Shown: one piece after another, positions 15,640 to 26,100 of the stretch
How positions within the stretch are numbered: position 1 is the first letter of the stretch
Layout of the letters: each line of letters starts with the position of its first letter
Origin: an uncultured Actinomycetota bacterium
GTDB taxonomy: Bacteria > Actinomycetota > Humimicrobiia > Humimicrobiales > Humimicrobiaceae
Assembly (NCBI GenBank): GCA_964578525.1
Contig: CAZODG010000002.1
Location: 1-43,424, forward strand
DNA: 43,424 bases
Direction of reading: 5' to 3'
Program-made: the position numbers and the translations under genes
Notes under the pieces: model-generated
The model's input: only the letters and a program-made list of their open reading frames with translations
What the model was told of the DNA's origin: nothing
Databases searched by the model: none

Positions 15640-16902
15640 TTATACTCTCTGTATTACTTTTGAATCAGAATATTTATAATTTACCCCATTCTCTAATAAT
15701 TCTGATAATTTTTGTCCAATTCTTTCTATTAATCCTACTACTAATGCATTCCCCATACAGAAATAACGCCATTTTAAAGGCATGCCTGTATCAGTCCAGC
15801 TATCTGGAAAACCATTTAGCCTTTCAGCTTCTAATGGGGTTATTATTCTTAACCGACCATTCTCGGGATCTCTAAGAACATGAGTAAACCTATTGGGTTT
15901 TTTATTCCCTTCATTTGTAATAAGAGTACGTGATGGTCTGTCTAATCTATCTGGAAAAGTTATTGCACCTTCTTTATAATTATAACTATAGCCGCTTTTT
16001 GAAGTCCTGATTTCATTTTTTGCACCTTTGTGATATTTCCAAGAATCAATTTCTTCCTCAGGTAGGTAATAGTATTCATCAACTTCATTTTCTAATATCT
16101 CACCTAAACAATGTTGGTTTTCTAATATTGGATTTACTGTTTTAGTATATATGTTCCCTCTCAACATTAGCCCTGCATTATGAAAATCATATTTAAACTC
16201 TTCCGTGATTTTTACTAAATCACCAGTTAAGGTTACATTTTCATCTAAGCTATTCAAAGTCAAACTTTTATATTTCGTTTCTTGCACTGGAAATGCCCTT
16301 CCAAAAAAACCATTCTTTTCAATTATGTCATACTTATCTATACCATTTTCATAAAGGTTTTTTAGAGGACTCTCAAATAATGATGCTAGAATAAAAACCC
16401 TAAACCTTCTTTGTGGAAAGCCATAGTCTGAAGAGTTGATTACTCTCCATTCTACATTATAGTCTAGATTGTTTAAGCAACTTAAAATAACACCAAAATC
16501 TCTACCCCTTTTATTAGAAGGTGAGCGCAAAAGACGATCTACATTCTCAAGCAATACTAATGGTGGACGTAAGCTCTCAAGTATATGATATATCTCCCAC
16601 CAAAGAACTCCCTTTTTACCTTTTATTCCTTTAGCATTAGTCGCGGCAACTGAGTAATCTTGGCAAGGGAACCCACCTACTAAAAGATCGTGTGGGGGAA
16701 TATTATATTTTTCTTTAGCTATATCAATATTTGTGTGACCTTCTTTACCAAAGTGCGATATATAACACTCAGAAGCATATTGGTCTTTCCTTTTAGGTTC
16801 CCATTGATTCGAATATATTGTTCTCCAACCACTTTTTCCTAATCCTAACCTAAAACCACCGACACCTGCAAAAAGCTCACAGATTGTTTTTAAACTCTTC
16901 AA
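15640..16902 (-). CDS. dcm: DNA (cytosine-5)-methyltransferase
   Basis: Motif I ELFAGVGGF, motif IV GGFPCQDYS (catalytic C80), motif VI ENV, motif VIII QRRFRVFI, motif X GNALVVGL. Confidence 0.95.
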   Translation of the reverse strand: MKSLKTICELFAGVGGFRLGLGKSGWRTIYSNQWEPKRKDQYASECYISHFGKEGHTNIDIAKEKYNIPPHDLLVGGFPCQDYSVAATNAKGIKGKKGVLWWEIYHILESLRPPLVLLENVDRLLRSPSNKRGRDFGVILSCLNNLDYNVEWRVINSSDYGFPQRRFRVFILASLFESPLKNLYENGIDKYDIIEKNGFFGRAFPVQETKYKSLTLNSLDENVTLTGDLVKITEEFKYDFHNAGLMLRGNIYTKTVNPILENQHCLGEILENEVDEYYYLPEEEIDSWKYHKGAKNEIRTSKSGYSYNYKEGAITFPDRLDRPSRTLITNEGNKKPNRFTHVLRDPENGRLRIITPLEAERLNGFPDSWTDTGMPLKWRYFCMGNALVVGLIERIGQKLSELLENGVNYKYSDSKVIQRV

Positions 16903-17783
16903 AATAACTCTCCAGATGAAAAATAATCTTTAAAGTACTCTTTTAAATCCTTATTGCTTATAGGTGATACTCCCTGCCTTGATAAATTAGAGCAAACTTT
17001 TGAAAACGTTATAAAACCTAATAAAAACCCAATGATACTAATATGTGTCAATGCATTATTGACTCTACCTACTTTTCCGTTCCAACTTTTCTTTTTTTTA
17101 ATAATATCGCGGTAATAGTATTTACAATCTTCATTCCACATTAAAAGCTCATTATAATATAGAAAACCTTCAAGGCTTAATCCTCCCCATATCGTATGAC
17201 ATTTATTTTCTAAGTAATTCAATATTCTCTCATCTGGATTATATTTATAGAAAGACTTTTGATTTACCGAACCCTTATTAATTATTTCTTTCTCTATATC
17301 CTTATCAATATACAAATCCACATATTTAGTATTAAAGTTATCTAATTTTAAATAATCTATCATAAAAGCCATTCTATATAATAATATAACAATTATTTCG
17401 AATACTTCTATTTTATTGGAATCTATAATCTTTTTAAAATTTTCATTCATAATATCCCATATATCCCTAAAACTCATATCACTTAACCATGATAAACTCT
17501 TTTCAACATAAGCTCTTGGTCTAAAATCCCAAGGTCTTTCCGCGTCACCTTTTCTTGAAGATTCTTTTCCAGGGTATTGGATAAAAAATTTTTCGCTGGA
17601 ACTGGTTTCGTGAATCAATAATTGTCTCTCTCTATTTCCATACTCAAGATGACTTCTATCTAAATTTTCTATCCATTCGATATTAGCTACTCTACGCTTG
17701 TATGAGTCACCCTTTTTACTACAATTTTGCAACGGTGAAACTAATAGACTCTTTATGTAATCCTCGTTTATGTTATCTTTCAT
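16899..17783 (-). CDS. Putative type II restriction endonuclease (assigned by context only)
   Basis: 294-aa orphan ORF whose stop overlaps the methyltransferase start by 4 nt. I could not locate a clear PD-(D/E)xK, HNH or GIY-YIG motif. Confidence 0.45.
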   Translation of the reverse strand: MKDNINEDYIKSLLVSPLQNCSKKGDSYKRRVANIEWIENLDRSHLEYGNRERQLLIHETSSSEKFFIQYPGKESSRKGDAERPWDFRPRAYVEKSLSWLSDMSFRDIWDIMNENFKKIIDSNKIEVFEIIVILLYRMAFMIDYLKLDNFNTKYVDLYIDKDIEKEIINKGSVNQKSFYKYNPDERILNYLENKCHTIWGGLSLEGFLYYNELLMWNEDCKYYYRDIIKKKKSWNGKVGRVNNALTHISIIGFLLGFITFSKVCSNLSRQGVSPISNKDLKEYFKDYFSSGELF

Positions 17784-17849
17784 AAATATTTTTTTCTTAA
17801 AACTTATCTTTTATAAAGAAAAAGTATCAATTGGCCCCATCAAATTAAT

Positions 17850-18056
17850 TTATTTAAATATTTTAAAACAACTATTTAAATCCATCTTTAATCTTTCTAA
17901 GTCCTTACTATAAAATATTACTTCTTGCCTGACAAGGCCTGAAGGAAGTTTTGTTCTCTTGCTAGCAATTAGAATCACTTCTTTATCAAGTCCAAGAGCT
18001 AACCCAAGTTCAAAGCCCGTGTTGAAAGTAGAATTGGTAAGATTAACTAAAAAATT
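17850..18056 (-). pseudogene. C-terminal fragment of a TIR-like / nucleoside 2-deoxyribosyltransferase-fold protein
   Basis: Start-less frame reading NLTNSTFNTGFELGLALGLDKEVILIASKRTKLPSGLVRQEVIFY...*. The N(V/T)xFELG...LGK..V.L....(E/K)LPS(D/G)L pattern is typical of TIR-like (COG4271/Cap12-type) and NDT-fold proteins. An in-frame TAG lies upstream, and a separate short ATG ORF (from 18195) is in another frame. Confidence 0.3.
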
Positions 18057-18271
18057 CTATTACCTGTTAACCATATTGTATATTAAAATTAATCTTGTTG
18101 AAATAACAGATAAGGCTAAAAGCAAAAGCGTAAAATCCGTACTTCCAATGCCCCACTCCTTCTTGACAACTATACCCAAAGTGATTAAAATTCATGTTTA
18201 GCTTTAAATTAGCTGTATTACTATAAACAATTAAAAATCATAAAAAACTTTAATCGAATTTAGCAAAGGAG

Positions 18272-19207
18272 ATGCGCAAATTGGAAATCATAAAAAGAAA
18301 ACTTCCCGTATTTATTATCATTCTGACTCTTACGTTATCGATCATTCTGATGATCCCCTCTGTATTATTTGCACAGGATGAAGAGGCAACTGACGAAGAA
18401 GAGGTAATTGCACCGCCGCCGGTCCCGGCAACAATAGAATTTGAAACTACTCTTCCCAAAATACAGGGAAAGGATGGGGAAACATTCACTTTTAGCTTCA
18501 CTGCAATATATGATCCGGGAGATGTAGCGGTCGATTCAGAAGCAAACACAACCGATAAAACCTTTGATATCACAGTTGATTATCCAACCAGCTGGATTGC
18601 TGCAGTAGCAAGCGGTTCGACTGAGGCACTTTCTATTAATATAAGCCCTAACAGCAGAGAGTCCCTGAGCATGTTAGCTATGCCGCTGATAACACAGGAA
18701 CCCGGTGAATATAACTTCACGGTTAATCTTAAATCCGCTGGAGAAGGCGAATCAGTGGAAGGATCAATAGATTTTACAGCAGTGATAACAGCTACCTATG
18801 AAATAAAACTTACAACAAAAACAGGAAGACTGAGTACGGAACTGACTGCCGGAAAAGATAACGAATACAAACTTATTGTAACCAACAATAGTTCCATATC
18901 CGTTGAAAACATAACCATAAGTTCAACAGAGCCCGAAGGCTGGCAGGTTAATTTCGATAGCAAAACTATTGAATCTATAGAAGCCGGTAAAACTGCTGAA
19001 ATCAATGCAGTGATAAATCCGCCTGAAAAGACTATTGCCGGTGATTATATGCTGAGCTTCAAGGCATCCAGTGAAAACAGCAATTCCAGTATCGAGATCC
19101 GGGCAACAGTGGAAACACCTACCATCTGGGGAATCGTAGGAATAGGAATTATCGTGGTTGTTATAATCGGTGTTGCCATAATCTTTACAAAATTGGGAAG
19201 AAGATAA
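18272..19207 (+). CDS. Secreted, C-terminally anchored NEW3/COG1470-like protein associated with the ABC-2 transporter
   Basis: N-terminal signal and C-terminal TM (WGIVGIGIIVVVIIGVAIIF). The repeated pattern Y.L.V.N.S..S.ENITISS..P.GW.V.F....I.S..AG.......I.PP.....G.Y is typical of this family. Confidence 0.6.
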   Translation: MRKLEIIKRKLPVFIIILTLTLSIILMIPSVLFAQDEEATDEEEVIAPPPVPATIEFETTLPKIQGKDGETFTFSFTAIYDPGDVAVDSEANTTDKTFDITVDYPTSWIAAVASGSTEALSINISPNSRESLSMLAMPLITQEPGEYNFTVNLKSAGEGESVEGSIDFTAVITATYEIKLTTKTGRLSTELTAGKDNEYKLIVTNNSSISVENITISSTEPEGWQVNFDSKTIESIEAGKTAEINAVINPPEKTIAGDYMLSFKASSENSNSSIEIRATVETPTIWGIVGIGIIVVVIIGVAIIFTKLGRR

Positions 19208-19210
19208 ATT

Positions 19211-20152
19211 ATGAATGACAACAATAATTTAATAGTTTCCAAAAATCTATGCAAGAAATATAAAGAGCAACTGGTTGTCGATAATCTCAATCTAATCATC
19301 AAAAAAGGTGAAATATTCGGACTCCTTGGGCCCAATGGCGCCGGCAAGTCCACTTTTATCCTTATGACCCTGGGGCTTACTGAGCCCACTTCGGGAAGTA
19401 TCAGCGTGGCAGGATTCGATTCAACCAGGGAACCGTTAAAGGTTAAAAGAATAACAGGATATCTTCCTGAAAAAGTAGGATTTTATGACGATATGACCGC
19501 AAAGGGTAATCTTTCCTATACTGCGGAGCTAAATAATATTCCCTTCAGGGAAATTCCCAAAAAAATCGATGAGGCTCTGGAAATGGTGGCCCTGTCCAAA
19601 AATAAAAATCAAATTGTTAAAACATTTTCCAAAGGAATGAAGCAGAGATTGGGAATAGCGGATGTGCTCATAAAAAAACCGGAACTTATTATTTTTGATG
19701 AGCCCACCGAAGGTCTTGATGTCAAGGTGGCAAATCAAATGCTGCAAACCATACTGGATCTGAACAAGGAGAAAAATATTACGTTCCTCCTATCCTCCCA
19801 TCAGCTTAATCTTATGCAGAGAGTATGCCCCAGAGTGGGAATATTGTCCAAGGGGAAACTTATTACCGAAGGAACCATTGAAAGCCTCGGAAGAAACATG
19901 TTTGGCGGAGGAAAATACAGAATCGAGCTTGAGCTGGAGAAAGTATCCGAAGAAATTATAGAAAAGTTTAAGAAACTGGATAAAGTGGTAAATGTAATCC
20001 GGACCGACAACCAGATTCAGATCGTATGCGATAAAGATATAAGGCAGGAGATATCCAGGCTCATTTCGGCCGAGGGAATACTAATGACCAGGATGGACAT
20101 GAAACAGGACGCGCTGGAAGAGATTTATCTAAAATATTTTAAAGAGGAGTAA
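19211..20152 (+). CDS. ABC transporter ATP-binding protein (ABC-2 type)
   Basis: Walker A GPNGAGKST, signature FSKGMKQR, Walker B LIIFDEP. Confidence 0.9.
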   Translation: MNDNNNLIVSKNLCKKYKEQLVVDNLNLIIKKGEIFGLLGPNGAGKSTFILMTLGLTEPTSGSISVAGFDSTREPLKVKRITGYLPEKVGFYDDMTAKGNLSYTAELNNIPFREIPKKIDEALEMVALSKNKNQIVKTFSKGMKQRLGIADVLIKKPELIIFDEPTEGLDVKVANQMLQTILDLNKEKNITFLLSSHQLNLMQRVCPRVGILSKGKLITEGTIESLGRNMFGGGKYRIELELEKVSEEIIEKFKKLDKVVNVIRTDNQIQIVCDKDIRQEISRLISAEGILMTRMDMKQDALEEIYLKYFKEE

Positions 20153-20153
20153 A

Positions 20154-21107
20154 ATGAGAAGCATTTTAACCGTTTACAGAAAAGAGCTTTCTGATCATTT
20201 TTGCAGCAATAAATTTTTAATCCTTTTGGCACTTATATATATTGCAGGACTATCATCGACTTATGTTGCTCTTACCAATATCAGGGAAGCAGCAAGTTCG
20301 CTCAGTGGTGGCAATGTATTTTTATATCTGTTCACTACCGGCGGGGACGTTCTCCCGTCTTTTATTACCTTCATCAGTTTCTTCATCCCCATAATCGGTA
20401 TAATATTTGGTTTTGATGCCATCAATAGCGAGAAGAATAGTGGTAATCTCAGCAGACTTTTATCCCAGCCAATTTACAGGGACAGTGTCATAAACGGTAA
20501 ATTTCTGGCAGGTATTAGTACGCTTGCCATAATCATAACCAGTATTGTTGTTATCATTTCGGGAGTGGGACTTTTCGCTATCGGGGTACCGCCCACCTCG
20601 CAAGAAATCTTAAGGATATTCTTCTTTATATTTATATGCGTTTTCTATGGCGGATTCTGGATGGGGCTCGCAATATTATTTTCTGTAATTATGGATAAAA
20701 CTGCGGCATCGATACTTACTTCTATTGCCATATGGATATTCCTTATGTTCTTCCTTTCAATAATTGCCAATGCCATAGCAAATGCAATGGTCCCGCTTGC
20801 GGATAATGCGACGATAGCCGATCAGATAAAAAATTTCACGATAGAACAGGGAATCTCAAGAATCTCTCCAGCGACTCTATTTACCGAGGCTATAACTGTC
20901 GTGCTTCTACCCGTGGAAGGAGCCGTACTGGTCAATCCGGTGGCATATCAACAATATGCCGGCAGCCAGAATTTATTGAATCCATTATCAATCGGTCAGA
21001 GCCTTATACAGGTATGGCCGCAGCTGGTTGTTATCATTGCGCTGGCAATTATATGCTTTGCCGCATCTTACATAATATTCATGAGACAGGAAATAAGATC
21101 GACATAA
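20154..21107 (+). CDS. ABC-2 family transporter permease
   Basis: Polytopic membrane protein starting 1 nt after the ATPase stop. Confidence 0.8.
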   Translation: MRSILTVYRKELSDHFCSNKFLILLALIYIAGLSSTYVALTNIREAASSLSGGNVFLYLFTTGGDVLPSFITFISFFIPIIGIIFGFDAINSEKNSGNLSRLLSQPIYRDSVINGKFLAGISTLAIIITSIVVIISGVGLFAIGVPPTSQEILRIFFFIFICVFYGGFWMGLAILFSVIMDKTAASILTSIAIWIFLMFFLSIIANAIANAMVPLADNATIADQIKNFTIEQGISRISPATLFTEAITVVLLPVEGAVLVNPVAYQQYAGSQNLLNPLSIGQSLIQVWPQLVVIIALAIICFAASYIIFMRQEIRST

Positions 21108-21177
21108 GGATAAAGATATCTACTTAAAAGATATCGACTTAAAGATATTGAGCTAAATGAGATCGACTTAGTAAAAT

Positions 21178-21202
21178 TAAGCCCGGCTTAAACCGGGCTT
21201 AA
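21178..21202. terminator. Bidirectional intrinsic terminator
   Basis: Hairpin aagcccgg-cttaaa-ccgggctt between convergent genes, flanked by A/T runs. Confidence 0.6.
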
Positions 21203-21238
21203 TGATTTTAAGACATAAACCCACTGGATGGCTGCGGA

Positions 21239-21526
21239 TTAATCCTGGTGAGTGGCTGCTTCTTCAATCATGCTTGTTCCTACCGATACCTTGTCCAGGC
21301 TGTGGATAGACGCGCCGCTCTGCTTTATAATCTCTTCCACCTGATCATATTTTATTGAATCACCTTCGCAGGTGATCTTTATATTTTCCACCTTCTGATC
21401 CATCTCGATAAGTGAAATGTCCACTCCATTCACTCCCGGAAGATCCGCAAGCTGAGATGAGAGCTCCAATATGCTGGGCTTATGGGGTTTTAGAACATCC
21501 AGTACCAGTCTTCTTATATTTGCCAA
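21239..21526 (-). CDS. DUF211 family protein
   Basis: IRRLVLDVLKPHKPSILELS..L....GV.GV.IS..E.D...E..KIT.EG..I....V...I...G.SIHS.D.V..G matches the DUF211 pattern. Confidence 0.75.
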   Translation of the reverse strand: MANIRRLVLDVLKPHKPSILELSSQLADLPGVNGVDISLIEMDQKVENIKITCEGDSIKYDQVEEIIKQSGASIHSLDKVSVGTSMIEEAATHQD

Positions 21527-21631
21527 TTTATTTTCTCCTTAAAACTCTTAAAATTATTAATTAACCTAAAACTGATGAAAAGCAAATACCTGATTTCAGC
21601 AGGTTAAAATTAATGCCCCAATTTATTCATT

Positions 21632-22615
21632 TTAACTCTCCCCCTTATTTACTTTTATATCCTGTTTGTTAGCTCTTAAAATCTTCAAGCATTTGAGCAG
21701 ATCAGCAGGCAGCTTATCTTCCAGCGCCAGCTTTTCTCCTGTTACAGGATGTGTAAACTCCAATCTTTTCGCATGTAAAAATTGCCTTCCCAGTCCCAGC
21801 TCTTGCGACATTTTGTTTGACTGGCTGGTGCCGTATGTTTCGTCTCCCATTACAGGATGGCCGATGTAACTTAAGTGTACTCTTATTTGATGGGTTCTTC
21901 CAGTTTCCGGATGAACATCCAGGAGTGTCGTATTTTCGAATTTCTCTGTCACTTCGAACCTGGTTACCGCTTCCCTGCCCCTGTCGATCGATATGCTCAT
22001 TTTCTTTCTGTCCAGTCTCGAACGGCCGATCGGAAGGATTATCTCTCCGTTTTTTTCCATAAAATTGCCCCACACGAGCGCGGCATAGGTTTTTTTGATT
22101 TCTCTTTCCTTGAATTTATCGGACAGCAGCCGGTGCGTATTGTCATCCTTTGCTATGATAAGAAGTCCCGATGTATCCTTATCCAGCCTGTGCACAATGC
22201 CGGCCCTGTCTTTTCCCGGGAGGTTCGAAAGCTTATCATAATGATACAGCAGGGCATTTACAATCGTATCTTTTTTAAATCCCGGTACCGGATGGGTCAG
22301 CATTCCCGGTTTCTTGGATATTGCCAGAAGATACTTATCCTCATAAATTATTTTAAGATTGATCTTTTGTGGTTCAATTTCAGTATGGGAATCATCTTCT
22401 CCGGCGCCTTCGATTGATATATGGTCGTTTTCTACAAGTCTGTAGTGTTTGTTTACGGCTCTGCCGTTTACTTTAACCTTTTCTTTTCCGATTATATTCT
22501 GAATGTGGCTTCTTGAAATATTTTTTGCTTTTGCGGTCAGAAACTTATCGATCCTCTGCCCGGTGCTTTCGGCATCGACTGTAAAGTTTAAGATTTCTTC
22601 TTCTTTCTTACTCAA
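21632..22615 (-). CDS. rluD: RluA-family 23S rRNA pseudouridine synthase (RluD-like)
   Basis: N-terminal S4 domain, catalytic motif HRLDKDTSGLL, and C-terminal GRTHQIRVH. Confidence 0.9.
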   Translation of the reverse strand: MSKKEEEILNFTVDAESTGQRIDKFLTAKAKNISRSHIQNIIGKEKVKVNGRAVNKHYRLVENDHISIEGAGEDDSHTEIEPQKINLKIIYEDKYLLAISKKPGMLTHPVPGFKKDTIVNALLYHYDKLSNLPGKDRAGIVHRLDKDTSGLLIIAKDDNTHRLLSDKFKEREIKKTYAALVWGNFMEKNGEIILPIGRSRLDRKKMSISIDRGREAVTRFEVTEKFENTTLLDVHPETGRTHQIRVHLSYIGHPVMGDETYGTSQSNKMSQELGLGRQFLHAKRLEFTHPVTGEKLALEDKLPADLLKCLKILRANKQDIKVNKGES

Positions 22616-23109
22616 CTCCCTCTTGATTTTTCCTTCTTAAAATATTCCCTTATTATTATAATTACTAAAAGGCAAAAACCAGTTATAAGAGAAAAATCAG
22701 CTATATTGAATACAGGAATGAAACTAAGATTGATAAAATCGGTGACTTCTCCCATAAAATACCTGTCGATAAGATTTCCGATTGCCCCGCCGAGGATGAA
22801 GCCAAGAGATACGTTATAAAAGGCAAAATTAAGTTTAAGTATTACTTTAAGGATGATAATAAGGGCTATCGCTACCATGGATATTATTGCAAGAATATTT
22901 GTATAACCCTGAAACATCCCAAAAGCCGCACCGCTGTTCTTTACATGGGTTATATAAAGAAGACCTCTTATTATTTCTATGGAAGGACTGTTTTCGGGAA
23001 CCCTCTCTATTATGAGACTCTTCGTTACCTGATCGGCAACCAGGACGAGGATTGCTGTAACCAGGAAATACACATTCATGAGAATATTTCTTTTTGCTCT
23101 GCTTAACAT
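22612..23109 (-). CDS. lspA: Lipoprotein signal peptidase II
   Basis: Four TM segments with NSGAAFG and GGA.GNL.DR...G.V.DF motifs. Conserved ileS-lspA-rluD order. Confidence 0.9.
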   Translation of the reverse strand: MLSRAKRNILMNVYFLVTAILVLVADQVTKSLIIERVPENSPSIEIIRGLLYITHVKNSGAAFGMFQGYTNILAIISMVAIALIIILKVILKLNFAFYNVSLGFILGGAIGNLIDRYFMGEVTDFINLSFIPVFNIADFSLITGFCLLVIIIIREYFKKEKSRGS

Positions 23110-26100
23110 TTAGACTATGCTCCCCACTACTTTGATGCCTATCTTTATTTTCACATCATTTACTTTTACTTCTTTTACAAACATGCCATCTTTAAAATCA
23201 GGATCCAGGGATTTGCTCAGGGTCTCTTTCATTATATAATTTTTAAATTTTTTTATGACATCCTCTTTTATCCCCGGTTCCATTGCCGTATCTATGGTAT
23301 TTTCTATCTGGAATCCTGCTTCTTTTCTCAGGTTCTGTATCTGATGGACAAGTTCCCTGCAGAATCCTTCTTCAACAAGGTCCGCTGATATGGAGGTGGA
23401 AAGTCCCACAGTAAATTCTCCGTCGGTCTCGACTCCGAACCCCTCTTTATTTTTTATATCCACAAGCACTTCCTGCGGCAGCAGTTCCATTTTTTTACCG
23501 TCTACGGTAAGATTTATGTTTTTTTCATTTTTAACCTTTAGCGCTGTGCGGACCGGATTTTCCAAAAGCAGCGCGTCCTTTATTTTGGGAACAAGGGAAC
23601 CATATTTTTTACCGACAAATGCAAGGTTTGGTTTTATGTCATAAGAAACAAGCTCCTCGAGCCCTCCGGCAAATTCTATTTCTCTGACATTGAGTTCACT
23701 TGCTATCACATCCTTGAAATGATTTATGGCTTCTTTTTTCTTTGCATCGCTGTCAAAATATACAAGCACCTTTTCAATAGGCTGCCTTATCTTTATATTG
23801 ACCTTGCTCCTAACCGCTCTTCCAAGGCCCACTATTTTCCGGGCGGTGTCCATTTTAAAGTTCAGATCTTTGTCTATCAGGCTTTCATCGGCTGCCGGAT
23901 AACTTTCTAGGTGCACGCTTTCTTCGCCTTTGCCGAAACTTCCGGTAAGGTTTTTATAAATCTCATCGCTAAGGAAGGGTGTAAAAGGCGCAACCAGCCT
24001 GGAGATTGTTACCAGGCATTCATAGAGTGTTTTGTAGGCGCTTATTTTATCTTTGTCTTCTTCGCTCTTCCAGAATCTTCTCCTGCTTCTTCTCACGTAC
24101 CAGTTCGATAGGACATCGGTAAAATCCTGAATTGCCCTCCCGCTTTCGGTGACATTGAAATCATCCATGAGCTCAGTTACTTTTTTAATCGTCAGGTGAA
24201 GCTCTGATATGATCCACCTGTCGATTTCGAATCTACCGCCTACCTCAAAGTCATGCCCGTAAGGATCGAAATTGTCTATATTGGCATATATCACAAAGAA
24301 TGAATAAGTGTTCCATAAAGTCAGTATGAATTTTCTCACCCCTTCATCGATTGCTTTGCTTGAAAAATTCTTAGACAGCCACGGCGATACGCCGGTAAAG
24401 AAATACCACCTGAGCGCATCGGCCCCCTGCTTGTTTAGGACCTCCCATGGATCTATGACATTACCTTTGGATTTGGACATTTTCTGTCCGTCCTCATCAT
24501 TTATAAGTTCAAGGCAAAGTACGTTTTTATAGCAAGATTTTTTAAACAGCAGTGTGGATATGGCAAGCAGCGTATAGAACCATCCCCTCGTCTGATCTAT
24601 GGCCTCGGCTATGAAATCTGCCGGGAAATTATCTTTAAATATTTCTTTGTTTTCAAAAGGATAATGAAACTGCGCATAAGGCATCGAACCGGAATCGAAC
24701 CACACATCTATTACCTCTGACACCCTCTTCATGTCTTTGCCGCACTGCGGGCATTTTATTATGATATCATCAACATAGGGCCTGTGCAGGTCCAGATTTT
24801 CGGGGATCGTCCCTGCGGCCTCCTTTAGTTCGGCAATACTGCCTATGCAGATCTTATGACCGTTATCATCGGTCCACACCGGAAGAGGCGTTCCCCAGTA
24901 TCTTTCCCTCGTAAGGGCCCAGTCGACATTGTTTTCGAGCCATTTACCGAATCTTCCGTGTTTTATATATTCCGGATACCAGTTTACTTCTTCATTGGAT
25001 TTTAAAAGATCATCCTTTATCTGCGAGGTCCTTATGTACCAGCTCTTCTTTGCATAATACATCAGCCTGCTGCTGCATCTCCAGCAGAATGGGTAGGAGT
25101 GCTGTATCTTTTTAACGCTGAAAAGAAGGCTCCTTGCTTTAAGGTCCTCTATGATTTTAGGATTCGCTTCTTCTATGCCCATGCCTGCAAAACTTTCAAC
25201 CTTCTCTTTAAATTTTCCTTCTTCATTTACCATCTGCACGACCGGAAGATTGTTTTCCTTTCCGGCATTCATATCATCTTCGCCAAAAGCCGGCGCTATG
25301 TGCACGATACCGGAACCTTCCCCGTCGGATACGAAGTCTCCTCCAATTATTTTGAATGCGTTGCTGTTGCCGTCCGCATAATCATAAAGAGGAGTGTATC
25401 TGGAGGATATCAGGCTGCTTCCTTTAAAATCTCCGACAATCTTGTAACCGGTCCCGTCTCCAAGGACCTCTGTAAGTAATTTTTTTGCAAGTATCAGATT
25501 TTCACCCTTATGTTCCACTTCAACATAATCGGATTTTTTATTTACCGCACCTGCAACATTGGAAATCAGCGTCCAGGGAGTTGTTGTCCATACCAGGAAA
25601 AAAGTGTTTTTCTTTTCGGCATGAGGGAATTTTACTATAACCGAAAAGTCTTCTACGTCGCTGTAACCCAGCGCAGTCTCATGAGATGAAAGTGGCGTTC
25701 CGCAGCGCGGGCAGTAAGGGACGATCTTGTAATCCTCGTATAATAAATTTTTATCCCATATGGTTTTCAGGATCCACCATACGGTTTCGATATAATTATT
25801 TTTAAATGTGAAATAGGCATTATCCATGTCCAGCCAGAACCCGATACGCTCCGTAAGTTTCTTCCAGTCTTCCTCATATTTCATAACGCTCTGCCTGCAG
25901 AGACTGTTGAATTTTTCGATGCCGATTTCTTCTATTTCCTTTTTTGAATTTATTTTGAGTTGTTTTTCTACCTCAATCTCCACAGGGAGTCCGTGCGTGT
26001 CCCAGCCTGCTTTTCTCTGCACATAATAACCTTTCATTGTCTTGTATCTTGGGAAAATATCCTTAAAGACGCGCGACAGGACATGATGTACCCCTGGCAC

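Noticed and set aside
21666-22417. Several overlapping ORFs (21666..21869, 21714..22073, 21817..22062, 21875..22417) within rluD
   Set aside because: All are alternative or antisense frames of a gene with clear RluA-family motifs. Their translations have no recognisable motifs.
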